A stretch of DNA of 62,455 nucleotides, taken from positions 1 through 62,455 of the forward strand of contig CALRDV010000006.1 of assembly GCA_943355005.1 (NCBI GenBank), in the 5' to 3' direction. Of this stretch, positions 47,138 to 56,121 are shown piece by piece. The position numbers and the translations under genes are program-made. Within the stretch, counting starts at the first letter, position 1; each line of letters opens with the position of its first letter. Under the pieces are notes generated by a model that was not told where the DNA came from, did no database searches, and worked only from the letters and a program-made list of their open reading frames with translations. This stretch comes from Patescibacteria group bacterium. GTDB taxonomy: Bacteria; Patescibacteriota; Microgenomatia; UBA1400; MFAQ01.

Positions 47138-47677
47138 GTGAAGGAATCTTATTCCGACATAGGAATTGTTGTCCGAGTTGTTGACTCCGGAGAAGCGGAC
47201 AAATACGTGGGTATAATTTCCGAAAATCACGGTTTAGTTCAGCTCATGGCAAGGGGTGTGCGCAGACCAGCTTCCAAAAAATCTCCACATCTGGATCTCT
47301 TTAATCTAATCAGATTTAGTGTTGGTAGGGGAGATGTTACCCGATATTTAAATCAGGTTGAATCGGTTTTATTTTTTCCAAATATTAAATCCGATTATTC
47401 GAAGGTTGGAGTGGTTATGACTATCGCTGAGATATTGACCAATACCTTACCAGTCGATGTGGAGGATAGAGAAATATATTTATCTTTAAAGTCCTTCCTT
47501 GAGGGTTTAGAAAAAGCCGAAAATAAAAAAGAGATCAATGGTCTCGGTAGAAGGTTCGGCTTGTTTCTGTTAAGGCATTTGGGCTACCCACCACCCAAAT
47601 CTCCGGATACGGACAATCTTTCTTCGTACTTTGAAACAATTATGAACCGCAAAATTATCAGTAAAGATATAAAATGA
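47138..47677 (+). CDS. recO: RecO-like DNA repair protein (short form)
   Basis: N-terminal OB-fold pattern GIVVRVVDSGEADKYVGIISENHGLVQLMARGVRRPASKK; only 179 aa, no Zn-finger region; GTG start. Confidence 0.5.
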   Translation: MKESYSDIGIVVRVVDSGEADKYVGIISENHGLVQLMARGVRRPASKKSPHLDLFNLIRFSVGRGDVTRYLNQVESVLFFPNIKSDYSKVGVVMTIAEILTNTLPVDVEDREIYLSLKSFLEGLEKAENKKEINGLGRRFGLFLLRHLGYPPPKSPDTDNLSSYFETIMNRKIISKDIK

Positions 47678-47702
47678 TTACAGTCGTCATTTATAAATAC
47701 TT

Positions 47703-47727
47703 GTCATTCCCGACCTGATCGGGAATC
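47703..47727 (+). repeat. GTCATTCCCGA..TCGGGAATC hairpin repeat
   Basis: gtcattcccgacctgatcgggaatc; 8-bp perfect stem; 25 nt after the recO-like stop. Confidence 0.85.
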
Positions 47728-47744
47728 TATAAAAATTATTCCAT

Positions 47745-48581
47745 ATGAAACTCACACACATTCTTCCGGTAATCGCCTTTGCTATTTTATTGGCCGGCTG
47801 TGGACCCTCCAAGACAACCATTGTTAATTCCAAGAATCCATCTCTCAGCACCAAATTACTCATGAATGAGCTACCTTTGGCCCAGCGTCCATTTACAGTT
47901 TTAGTTCCTCACTCCACCAATAGACTTTTTACTTTTGTGACTATTGGCGCGGACAAAGCCCAAGCCGCCGCTCTGGATCTAGAATACCAGTCGGGAGATC
48001 TTCTCAAAGCTGCCCGAGCCTCTATCGATTCTCCCATCGCAAATCCTTTTATCAAAGCCATCATCCTTGGTAGCTGCTCTACCGGTGGCAAGTGTTCTTT
48101 TGATACTGATTTGAAGTCCGGCACCATGAAATTTAAATTAAACTTTGCCGGTCAGGATGTAACCCACGTCTTGAAGGGGGACTTCGTATTCGTCATGGGC
48201 CAAAATAATTTACCCGATGGCAAGGTTGTCTTTACTCCCGGCAAGCCCTCAGCCAAAGAAAATTTAATTCTCTTAAATTCCTTTGGTCTCCCCAAGCCGG
48301 CCGAAAAAGAAACCTTACTTTACCCCGTGGTTATTTCTTCTACCAGCGACAAGTTAATCAATGGCACGATGACCTTCAACCAAGCCGGGGTCACTTCAGC
48401 CGCTATTTACGACGGTACTTCATATCAGCCTCTCAAAATCTCTCAGAAGGACAATACAGTGACTGTCGCTCTAAATCAGAAACCCTGGTCCATGAATGCC
48501 GAAATCGTTCGAGACGACAATAAGGGCGCCAAAGAATCCGTTGCCCTTTACCTCCTCGGTCCCATCGTACTGTACAAATAA
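47745..48581 (+). CDS. Lipoprotein, unknown function
   Basis: Signal peptide plus lipobox ILLAGCG; no recognisable domain. Confidence 0.65.
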   Translation: MKLTHILPVIAFAILLAGCGPSKTTIVNSKNPSLSTKLLMNELPLAQRPFTVLVPHSTNRLFTFVTIGADKAQAAALDLEYQSGDLLKAARASIDSPIANPFIKAIILGSCSTGGKCSFDTDLKSGTMKFKLNFAGQDVTHVLKGDFVFVMGQNNLPDGKVVFTPGKPSAKENLILLNSFGLPKPAEKETLLYPVVISSTSDKLINGTMTFNQAGVTSAAIYDGTSYQPLKISQKDNTVTVALNQKPWSMNAEIVRDDNKGAKESVALYLLGPIVLYK

Positions 48582-48605
48582 TTTACTGAATGACTTTTTT
48601 AATAT

Positions 48606-48639
48606 GTCATTCCGGGCAAACGTAGTGCGACCCGGAATC
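48606..48639 (+). repeat. GTCATTCCGGG..CCCGGAATC hairpin repeat (long loop)
   Basis: gtcattccgggcaaacgtagtgcgacccggaatc. Confidence 0.8.
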
Positions 48640-48650
48640 CAGAAAAGCCT

Positions 48651-48676
48651 GGATGCCGGATCAGGTCCGGCATGAC
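48651..48676 (-). repeat. Inverted copy of a related hairpin repeat (GTCATGCCGGA..TCCGGCATCC)
   Basis: The reverse complement of ggatgccggatcaggtccggcatgac is gtcatgccggacctgatccggcatcc, which has the same loop CCTGA as the 47703 copy. Confidence 0.7.
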
Positions 48677-48695
48677 AATTCAGAAAATATAAATA

Positions 48696-48727
48696 AAAAG
48701 ACCGCTCCATTTGAAGCGGTCTTTTTT
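48696..48727. terminator. Bidirectional intrinsic terminator
   Basis: aaaaAGACCGCTccatttgaAGCGGTCTtttttt: 8-9 bp GC-rich stem flanked by an A-run and a T-run, between convergent genes ending at 48581 (+) and 48729 (-). Confidence 0.8.
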
Positions 48728-48728
48728 C

Positions 48729-48953
48729 TTATTTCATTAAATCAGACACCGTCACCTTGCAATCTTTGAGGATGTAGGTAACTCCTCCAATCGAGGTGCT
48801 TCCGTCGCAGACTCTGCCCGCACCTTGCACTGTGTGTCCGCAATCTGTGCCAGAGGGAAGGCAATAACTACCAACCCAAATGGTGTTGGATGGTCCGCAT
48901 GCAGCCAGAATCATTGCAAAAACAATTAACAGAACTAAAATTTTAAATTTCAC
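48729..48953 (-). CDS. Small Cys-containing lipoprotein (74 aa)
   Basis: GTG at 48953 lies 5 nt downstream of a GAGGAGG SD (48959-48965). VKFKILVLLIVFAMILAACG signal/lipobox; five more Cys in the ~55-aa mature part. Confidence 0.55.
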   Translation of the reverse strand: MKFKILVLLIVFAMILAACGPSNTIWVGSYCLPSGTDCGHTVQGAGRVCDGSTSIGGVTYILKDCKVTVSDLMK

Positions 48954-49147
48954 TTCAGCCTCCTCGGCCATTTGAATTTTTTATACCTGGGTATTCTAAC
49001 ACTACTGGGCTCAAAAGTCAAGTGTTATGGGTTAAAGCATTGTACTTTGGTGAGGCCGGGGTGAGGGTAAAGACAGCAGTCTTTAATCCCGAACACAATA
49101 TTTTTCACACCCTGTTCACACATCCCAATTTGGCCTTGAAATAGCCC

Positions 49148-49176
49148 TTGACATGCTTTATATTGTGTATCATACT
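49148..49176 (+). promoter_or_regulatory. Sigma70-type dcw (mraZ) promoter
   Basis: TTGACA (49148-49153), 17-bp spacer, CATACT (49171-49176). Confidence 0.6.
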
Positions 49177-49180
49177 GAAA

Positions 49181-49198
49181 AGTGGTGACAAGTGGTGA
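49181..49198 (+). promoter_or_regulatory. Candidate MraZ operator: AGTGGTGA direct repeats
   Basis: agtggtga at 49181 and 49191, an exact 10-bp register immediately downstream of the -10. An inverted GTGGTG lies at about 49215-49220 (caccac). Confidence 0.55.
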
Positions 49199-49238
49199 AG
49201 TACCCTATAAACACCACAAACCCGCCTGCCTATGAATT

Positions 49239-49667
49239 ATGTTTACTGGACTCTACTACCATCGACTAGAAGCAAAAGGACGCTTGGCCATACCGAACTC
49301 GTTTCGGGAAGAACTAGCATCCGGTGGAGTCATCACCTGGGGTCTGGATGGATGTCTATTTCTTTTCCCCAACTCATACTGGCAGAAGTTCTCCGAAAAG
49401 CTGGCCTCGCTTCCATTAACCAATCAAGCAGCCCGAAATTTGACACGTCTCTTGGTTCAATCGGCGGTCGATCTAAATTTAGACAGTCAAGGAAGAACTC
49501 TCATACCCGAATATCTAAGGAATCAAGCCAAACTAAAAAAGCAGGTGGTCGTCGCCGGCTCCCTGACCAGAATTGAAATCTGGGACCAGGAGGCGTACCA
49601 TCAGCACCTTGACTTAATAGCACAAACAATAAATGAAGGGGACACTCTAAGTTCCCTAGACATATGA
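49239..49667 (+). CDS. mraZ: Transcriptional regulator MraZ
   Basis: MFTGLYYHRLEAKGRLAIPNSFR and a second SpoVT/AbrB-like half DSQGRTLIPEYLR; first gene of the dcw cluster. Confidence 0.9.
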   Translation: MFTGLYYHRLEAKGRLAIPNSFREELASGGVITWGLDGCLFLFPNSYWQKFSEKLASLPLTNQAARNLTRLLVQSAVDLNLDSQGRTLIPEYLRNQAKLKKQVVVAGSLTRIEIWDQEAYHQHLDLIAQTINEGDTLSSLDI

Positions 49668-50599
49668 TGAAAATTATCGACAGACATTTTCCGGCTTACA
49701 AAGGCGAGCTAAAAGATCTCTACGGTTTTAAACCGGGATTTCTTTTTTTGGATCTTACTTTAGGTGATGGTGGACATACCCAAGAGGCTTTGGAGGCAGG
49801 TTGCCGAGTTGTATCCTTTGATATAGATTCTGAAGCCATCAAAAGAGCTACCGGTTTTATAAAAGAATTTACTCCGGCTATCTATGATGAGGACAATCTA
49901 TCTATCGATATTCCTTCTGACTTTCACTGGCTCATAATCCGCAGTAACTTTACCGGTATTGACGATATTTCTAAAAAACTTTCACTTCCTAAATTTGACG
50001 GCATCATGGCCGACCTTGGACCTTCACAATTCCAAGTCCTTTCGGAAGGGCGGGGCTTTAGTTTTTCTTCAGATGAACCCTTGGACATGAGATTAAATCA
50101 AAAGCTTGGTGTCACCGCTGCCGATCTCTTGGCTGTTTTGAATGAAGGTGAGCTTCGAGATCTTTTCTCTCTTTCGGACGAACCTTTTGCCAGACCCATC
50201 GCCAGAATTATCGCCAAACAAAGACTAATTTCTCCAATCAAGACTACCAAACAGCTCAGCGATATCATCTCCAAAATTAAAGGCTTCCGGACCGAAGGAC
50301 GCATCCATCCCGCTACCAAAGTTTTTATGGCCCTCCGTATGGCAGTCAATCTGGAAAGAGAAAATATTCGTGTTTTGTTGCCTCAGCTCCCGGGACTTTT
50401 GAATGACGGTGGCATTTTGGGGGTCATCAGTTTCCACTCCGGTGAAGACAAACTTGTCAAAGATTTTATTGTAGATTTCGAAACTCAAGGAATCTTAAGT
50501 GCTATTAACCAAAAACCAATCGAACCATCGATTAAAGAATTAACAATCAGTCAACGAACCAGAAGTGCCAAACTACGACTTGCAAAAAAAATTATTTAA
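49664..50599 (+). CDS. rsmH: 16S rRNA (cytosine1402-N4)-methyltransferase RsmH
   Basis: DLTLGDGGHT, MADLGPSQFQ, RGFSF, ISFHSGEDKLVK. Confidence 0.92.
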   Translation: MMKIIDRHFPAYKGELKDLYGFKPGFLFLDLTLGDGGHTQEALEAGCRVVSFDIDSEAIKRATGFIKEFTPAIYDEDNLSIDIPSDFHWLIIRSNFTGIDDISKKLSLPKFDGIMADLGPSQFQVLSEGRGFSFSSDEPLDMRLNQKLGVTAADLLAVLNEGELRDLFSLSDEPFARPIARIIAKQRLISPIKTTKQLSDIISKIKGFRTEGRIHPATKVFMALRMAVNLERENIRVLLPQLPGLLNDGGILGVISFHSGEDKLVKDFIVDFETQGILSAINQKPIEPSIKELTISQRTRSAKLRLAKKII

Positions 50600-50873
50600 C
50601 ACCAAAACCGCTCTTACTCTCACGGCTGTAACTCTGGTGTCTCTCGCAATCATAAATTTAATAGGCACAAACATACTTTCTACGCAAGGTTTCGCCGTCA
50701 GTGAAGTAGAAACAAAAACCTTGGCCATGGAAAAAGAGAATCAACAGCTTTCTGTTAAGATTGAGGAAGCCACGACGCTCGGGGCTTTACAAGATTTGGC
50801 AATGCAGAGGGGTTATGTAAGATCAAAAAGTATCGTATTCATACCCGCTACCTCTACTTTCGCCTCCAGATAA
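50565..50873 (+). CDS. ftsL: FtsL-like cell division protein
   Basis: Single TM (ALTLTAVTLVSLAIINLIG) followed by a coiled coil (LAMEKENQQLSVKIEE) and LQDLAMQRGYV; position between rsmH and ftsI; start uncertain. Confidence 0.6.
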   Translation: MPNYDLQKKLFNTKTALTLTAVTLVSLAIINLIGTNILSTQGFAVSEVETKTLAMEKENQQLSVKIEEATTLGALQDLAMQRGYVRSKSIVFIPATSTFASR

Positions 50874-50876
50874 TTC

Positions 50877-52550
50877 ATGCTAAACAAGTTCGGTACTACA
50901 TACAACCGGCTTAGGGTCATAACCTTCGTGATTCCCATTGTCTTCTTCGTTTTAATTTGCCGCTTGTTTTATTGGCAGATTATCCGTGGTCCAGAACTTC
51001 AAACCAAATCAGAAAAACAACATCAGACAGTTACTGTTCTTACCGCCAAAAGAGGGGACATCTTAGATAGTGAAGGTGGCGTCCTCGCCGGAACGAAGAA
51101 TCTTTATCATCTTTACGTTTACAAACCTCAGATGAAAATTTCTAACAATGATTTGGTGGAATTGCTGATGACCTCACTTACTCCAGACCAAGAAGCCAGT
51201 ACTGCGGCTGATCTCCGTAAATATTTACAAGACAGACTTGCTCTAAGCTCCAACTGGATTTCTCTCAAACATTATCTAAGTTCGGACGAAAAGGAAAAAG
51301 TAGAAAAACAAAAGATTGTTGGTCTTGGTTTTGAAGACGAATATGTTCGATATTATCCTGAAGCCAGTATGGGAGCTCACATTCTTGGATTTGTGGGTCA
51401 GGATGCCGCAGGACAAGAGCAAGGATATTTTGGATTGGAGGGTTATTTTGACCGGATGCTTAAAGGACGCGAGGGAAAAGTCCGCACTGAGAAGGATGGC
51501 CAAGGGAATCCTATCTTAATAGGTAACTACCAATTCCTACACGCTATTGAAGGTAAAGCAATTCAAACAACAATCGATAAGAAAATTCAGTTTGTCGCCG
51601 AAAGCTATTTAAAAGAAGGTATTCAAAAGTACCAGGCTTTGGCCGGTAATGTAATCATTATGGAGTCAAAGACCGGAAAGATTAAAGCGATGGCCAGCTA
51701 TCCCAATTACGACCCGGGTAAATTTTCAGAGTTTGATAAAAGCTCATACAAAAGTCCGCTGATGGCAGATCTTTTTGAGCCGGGATCTATTTTTAAGCCA
51801 TTAGTAATGGCTGCCGCTCTAAACGAGAAGCTTGTCACTCCGGAAACCAAGTGTGATATCTGTTCCGGTCCTATAAATATCGGCAAATATACAATCAAAA
51901 CTTGGAATGAAGAGTATCATTCTCAGACTACCATGACCGATGTCATCGTTAATTCGGATAATACCGGCATGGTTTTCGCTGCCAGGAAGCTGGGACCGGA
52001 TAAATTTTCCGATTACTTAAGCAAATATGGTTTAGGTAAGAAAACCAAAATTGAAATTCAGGAAGAGGTATCGGGTACTCTTAGAGAAGGTAAAAAATAT
52101 GGAGAAATTGATTTGGCCACAAACTCTTTTGGTCAAGGTATTGCTGTCACCCCTATTCAAATCATTACGGCCATAAATACCATTGCCAATGGTGGTAAAT
52201 ATATTAGTCCATCTCTAATAGAAGGCACTACGCCCATTCAGAGGTCAGTTCTAAACCCCGAAGCCGCGTCAGACATGACACAGATTATGGTTGAAGCTGT
52301 GGATAGGGGAGAGGCTAAGCACGCGAAACCTGCCGGGCTCTCTGTCGCCGGGAAAACCGGTACGGCTCAAATTCCCATTGATGGCCGTTACGATCCCAAA
52401 AAAACTATTGCCAGTTTCATTGGCTTTTTCCCTTCCCAAAATCCAAAATACACTATGCTGGTGACCTTTAGGGAGCCTCAAACTTCAATCTGGGGCTCCG
52501 AAACTGCCGCACCACTCTGGTTTGCCATTGCCAAACAACTTTTGCTATAA
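50877..52550 (+). CDS. ftsI: Class B penicillin-binding protein / peptidoglycan D,D-transpeptidase FtsI
   Basis: N-terminal TM; SIFK (SxxK), SDN (SxN), KTGTA. Confidence 0.88.
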   Translation: MLNKFGTTYNRLRVITFVIPIVFFVLICRLFYWQIIRGPELQTKSEKQHQTVTVLTAKRGDILDSEGGVLAGTKNLYHLYVYKPQMKISNNDLVELLMTSLTPDQEASTAADLRKYLQDRLALSSNWISLKHYLSSDEKEKVEKQKIVGLGFEDEYVRYYPEASMGAHILGFVGQDAAGQEQGYFGLEGYFDRMLKGREGKVRTEKDGQGNPILIGNYQFLHAIEGKAIQTTIDKKIQFVAESYLKEGIQKYQALAGNVIIMESKTGKIKAMASYPNYDPGKFSEFDKSSYKSPLMADLFEPGSIFKPLVMAAALNEKLVTPETKCDICSGPINIGKYTIKTWNEEYHSQTTMTDVIVNSDNTGMVFAARKLGPDKFSDYLSKYGLGKKTKIEIQEEVSGTLREGKKYGEIDLATNSFGQGIAVTPIQIITAINTIANGGKYISPSLIEGTTPIQRSVLNPEAASDMTQIMVEAVDRGEAKHAKPAGLSVAGKTGTAQIPIDGRYDPKKTIASFIGFFPSQNPKYTMLVTFREPQTSIWGSETAAPLWFAIAKQLLL

Positions 52551-52577
52551 AACCTCAAAGCGATTAAAATAGATTAC

Positions 52578-52946
52578 ATGCTAAACAGATTAAGAGCCCA
52601 TAAAGTTTCTTTCGAGCACGCATTTGACGGTTTTATTCACAACGTCAGAACTCAGCCAAATTTTCGTTTTCACCTGATTGCCACCATTTGTGTCGTCTTG
52701 ATGGGTATTTATTTTTCAATTTCTACCATGGAATGGCTGGTTTTAGTCTTTACGGTGAACATGGTTCTGGTGGCGGAAATGTTAAACACCGCAATCGAGT
52801 CCATAGTCGATCTGATTACTTTAGAGCGTCGAGAGGACGCCCGAGTCGCCAAAGATGTTTCCTCCGCCATGGTACTGGTATCCGCTTTTATGGCCACTAT
52901 CGTTGGCTTAATCGTGTTCTTACCAAAATTACTTAGCGTATTGTAA
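52578..52946 (+). CDS. dgkA: DgkA-family lipid kinase (diacylglycerol/undecaprenol kinase)
   Basis: 122 aa, 3 TM helices, EHAFDGFIH.., AEMLNTAIESIVD. Confidence 0.8.
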   Translation: MLNRLRAHKVSFEHAFDGFIHNVRTQPNFRFHLIATICVVLMGIYFSISTMEWLVLVFTVNMVLVAEMLNTAIESIVDLITLERREDARVAKDVSSAMVLVSAFMATIVGLIVFLPKLLSVL

Positions 52947-52948
52947 TT

Positions 52949-53974
52949 ATGGATATACTACTTGGCATCCTCATTTTCTCCTTCATTGTCCATGCGTTTC
53001 TGATTGTCCCGTTTGTAAATTTTCTTTATCACCTAAAATTTTTTAAGAATAAGACTGCCATATCGAAGGAAAAAACAGACGAAGCTTCTGTTCATATCCG
53101 TTCCAAATCTCGCACTCCTGAAGGTGGTGGTCTTCTAATTCTTGTCGTTACCAGTCTTATTTTTGCCTTTATTTTACCCTTGTTAAGAAGGCTTGGTTTC
53201 GAAATCACTCATGTCTATGCCATCAACGATGAAATAAACATTATCTTTTTCACTTTTATCGCTTTTGGACTTCTTGGTTTGTACGACGACGTTGTCAAAT
53301 TTTTTGAACTGGATAGAGAAGAAGGTTATACCGGCATCCCCTCCAGATATAAATTTATGATTCAGGGGGTTCTCGGTTTTATTATTGGCGCCATGATGTA
53401 TATCAATCTTGGCATCGACATTATTCATATTCCTTTTGTGGGAGTCATTCATTTTGGTGTTTGGTTCATCCCCGTAGCCGCTTTCTTGGTGGTCACCTTT
53501 GCCAATGCTGTAAATATCACGGATGGTATGGACGGTCTGGCTTCGGGTCTTCTCATGATTAGTCTTTTTGGTTTCTTGATACTCTCAACATCAATATTGG
53601 ATACTCCGCTCTCTATCTTTATTGCTCTTTGGCTCGGAGGTCTCATCGCCTTTCTTTATTTCAATGTTTTTCCCGCCCGTATTTTTATGGGTGATGTTGG
53701 AGCTTTGGCTTTTGGTGCCACCTTTGCAACAGTTGGGCTTTTGACGGGGAAAGTCGTCGCCCTCATGATTGTTGGTTTGCCATTTTTGATCGATGGTTTT
53801 AGTAGTTTAATTCAAATCTTGTGGGTCAAAATTTTTCACCGTCGGATACTTCCCATAGCTCCACTACATTACTATTTGCTTAAGATAGGTTGGTCGGAAC
53901 CTAAGATTGTCCAGAGAGCCTGGCTGGTAGGTATCATGTTAGTTGTCTTTGGTATTTGGCTATCTATCATCTAG
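52949..53974 (+). CDS. mraY: Phospho-N-acetylmuramoyl-pentapeptide transferase MraY
   Basis: YDDVVKF, NAVNITDGMDGLASG, FMGDVGALAFG, 10-TM layout. Confidence 0.93.
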   Translation: MDILLGILIFSFIVHAFLIVPFVNFLYHLKFFKNKTAISKEKTDEASVHIRSKSRTPEGGGLLILVVTSLIFAFILPLLRRLGFEITHVYAINDEINIIFFTFIAFGLLGLYDDVVKFFELDREEGYTGIPSRYKFMIQGVLGFIIGAMMYINLGIDIIHIPFVGVIHFGVWFIPVAAFLVVTFANAVNITDGMDGLASGLLMISLFGFLILSTSILDTPLSIFIALWLGGLIAFLYFNVFPARIFMGDVGALAFGATFATVGLLTGKVVALMIVGLPFLIDGFSSLIQILWVKIFHRRILPIAPLHYYLLKIGWSEPKIVQRAWLVGIMLVVFGIWLSII

Positions 53975-53977
53975 TCC

Positions 53978-55054
53978 ATGAGACACAAGGATTCAAAAAG
54001 CCGTTTGCCACTGGCCATCCTTTTTACGGGAATAATTCTTGCTTGTTTTGGTTTAATTGCTATTTTTGACGCTTCGGTTATCGACGCTTATCGTACTTTT
54101 GGAGATAAATTTCATTACGTAAAGCAACAATCGCTTTGGCTGTTAGTTGGAGTTGTAGCTGCATTAATCACTTCAGCCATCCCTATCGCCTGGATAAAAA
54201 AATACGCCTACATTCTGTATGGAATCACCCTTTTCTTGATGGTCTTGGTTCTGATCCCTGGGGTTGGGTCCAAATTCTTGGGAGCCAGAAGGTGGCTAGT
54301 GCTCGGTCCAATTGTTTTCCAGCCATCTGAGCTTTTAAAAATTACCTTTGCCATTTATCTTGCCAAGTGGCTAGAAGTGGATAGGGAAATTAAACATTTT
54401 TTAACCCTAATCGGCATCAATGCTCTTTTGATTATGCTTCAGCCCGACCTGGGAACCGCCATAATTATTATTGGAGTTTCTTTTTTGATTTTCTACCTTT
54501 CAGGAGCCAAGCTAAAAGAAATTATTGTTTTTTGTGCTATTCTTCTTTTTGCGATTTCCGGATTGATACTTTCCTCTCCATACAGGATGAATAGAGTCAA
54601 AACATTTATGGATCCTACCTCTGACCCCTTAGGGACTTCTTATCACATAAATCAAGTGCTTTATGGTCTCGGCTCAGGTGGTTTTAGTGGGGTTGGTCTT
54701 GGTCGCTCCCGCCAAAAATACGCTTTTCTCCCTGAAGCCACCACAGATTCAATTTTTGTGATCATAGCAGAAGAATTTGGTTTTGTTGGAAGTACTATTC
54801 TAATTTTGGTTCTGGTTGGTATCCTAATCACTTCTCTAAAAGTTTCCATGAATGTTACCGATAAATTTGATAAACTACTGGCCAGTGGCATCTCTCTTTT
54901 ATTTTTAATACAAATATTTGTAAACTTAAGTTCTATGGTCGCCTTGATTCCTCTTACAGGTGTTCCACTACCCTTTATCTCTTACGGGGGGTCTTCTTTG
55001 GTTACGAATTTTATCGCCCTTGGTCTTTTAATTAATATATCCAAAAGAGCATGA
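53978..55054 (+). CDS. ftsW: SEDS-family peptidoglycan polymerase FtsW
   Basis: FQPSELLKI, QPDLGTAII, LPEATTDSIF, PFISYGGSS. Confidence 0.9.
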   Translation: MRHKDSKSRLPLAILFTGIILACFGLIAIFDASVIDAYRTFGDKFHYVKQQSLWLLVGVVAALITSAIPIAWIKKYAYILYGITLFLMVLVLIPGVGSKFLGARRWLVLGPIVFQPSELLKITFAIYLAKWLEVDREIKHFLTLIGINALLIMLQPDLGTAIIIIGVSFLIFYLSGAKLKEIIVFCAILLFAISGLILSSPYRMNRVKTFMDPTSDPLGTSYHINQVLYGLGSGGFSGVGLGRSRQKYAFLPEATTDSIFVIIAEEFGFVGSTILILVLVGILITSLKVSMNVTDKFDKLLASGISLLFLIQIFVNLSSMVALIPLTGVPLPFISYGGSSLVTNFIALGLLINISKRA

Positions 55055-56121
55055 AGAAATTAATTGCATTTACCGGAGGTCATCATAATAGTGCTTTGGA
55101 AGTAGCTAAGATTCTTGAGAAGGAAGGTTTTGACATCATCTGGATTGGTCATAAGTTTACGGCCAGAGGAGAAAAAAGCTTATCGGCCGAATATCAAGAA
55201 ATCACCAAAGCCGGTTTCAAGTTTCTGGAGCTAAAAACGGGCAAGTTCTACCACAAGTGGGATATTTTGGAATGGATCAAGATAGTCTTTGGCTTCCTGC
55301 AATCGTTTGTTTATCTTCTTACTTATCGACCCTCGCTAATATTTTCCTCCGGTGGATATTTATCCGTGCCCATAGTAATCGTTGGCTGGTGTCTAAGGAT
55401 ACCCTCCATTACTCACGAACAAACCGTCGTCTCCGGGTGGGCAAATAAAGCTATAGCCCCGTTTGTAAAAAAAATCTTGCTGACTCACGAAACCTCTTTA
55501 CCTAATTTCCCCAAAGAAAAATCGATAGTGGTAGGTCTACCTATCAGGAAAGAGCTGCTGGATACAAATTACTCCAAAAAATTCGATCCGAAGTTGCTTT
55601 ACATTACTTGTGGCAAGCAGGGTTCTCACGTCATCAATTCCGCCTTCTTCCCCATTATTCCCAAGCTGGTTAAACATTTTACCGTCGTACATCAGACCGG
55701 TTCCAGTACCTTAACCAAGGATTTGGAAAGAGCCAGAAGAACCAAGGAAAAGCTCGGAGATGATAAAGACCGATATATTTATGCACCTTACTTCTTTACC
55801 GAAGATGCGTCTACTTACATTCGTTCGTCTTCCGTTATTGTCAGTCGTTCCGGAGCTCATACTGTCTACGAGCTCATGATTCTAAGAAAGAAGGCGGTTC
55901 TAATTCCTATCCCTTGGGTATCTCACAACGAACAATTTTTAAACTCCAAGATGGCCGAGGAGCAAATCGGTAGCGTTATCTTGGAAGAAAAAGATCTTTC
56001 CCCGGAAAAACTTTATCAGTCTATTATGGAATTAGTTAAGAAACCTGCTGTAAAACCAACCATCAAACTGGAAACTAATGCTGTCGACGAGATTGCCTCC
56101 ATCATCCGCCAAGCAGTCTAA
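55051..56121 (+). CDS. murG: UDP-GlcNAc:lipid I GlcNAc transferase MurG
   Basis: FTGGHHNSALEVA N-terminal loop (variant of GGTGGH), GSHVIN, VSRSGAHTVYEL. Confidence 0.85.
   Translation: MKKLIAFTGGHHNSALEVAKILEKEGFDIIWIGHKFTARGEKSLSAEYQEITKAGFKFLELKTGKFYHKWDILEWIKIVFGFLQSFVYLLTYRPSLIFSSGGYLSVPIVIVGWCLRIPSITHEQTVVSGWANKAIAPFVKKILLTHETSLPNFPKEKSIVVGLPIRKELLDTNYSKKFDPKLLYITCGKQGSHVINSAFFPIIPKLVKHFTVVHQTGSSTLTKDLERARRTKEKLGDDKDRYIYAPYFFTEDASTYIRSSSVIVSRSGAHTVYELMILRKKAVLIPIPWVSHNEQFLNSKMAEEQIGSVILEEKDLSPEKLYQSIMELVKKPAVKPTIKLETNAVDEIASIIRQAV

Noticed and set aside
49049-49066. GGTGAGG direct repeat (49049 and 49060) about 100 bp upstream of the dcw promoter
   Set aside because: There are only two 7-mers at 11-bp spacing, with no adjacent promoter element. 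That is too little to separate from chance. It is noted in case MraZ footprinting extends upstream.
49232-49576. 114-aa ORF overlapping mraZ in another frame
   Set aside because: The +1-shifted frame (49239) encodes a textbook MraZ. The 49232 frame is Arg/Ser-rich with no features.
49664-49667. Possibility of an alternative genetic code (UGA read as an amino acid, as in some candidate phyla)
   Set aside because: TGA terminates many ORFs at the expected protein lengths, often in ATGA overlaps with the next start (positions 10190, 34304, 34936, 49664). Conserved proteins such as FtsZ, MraY and Gmd are full length under code 11.
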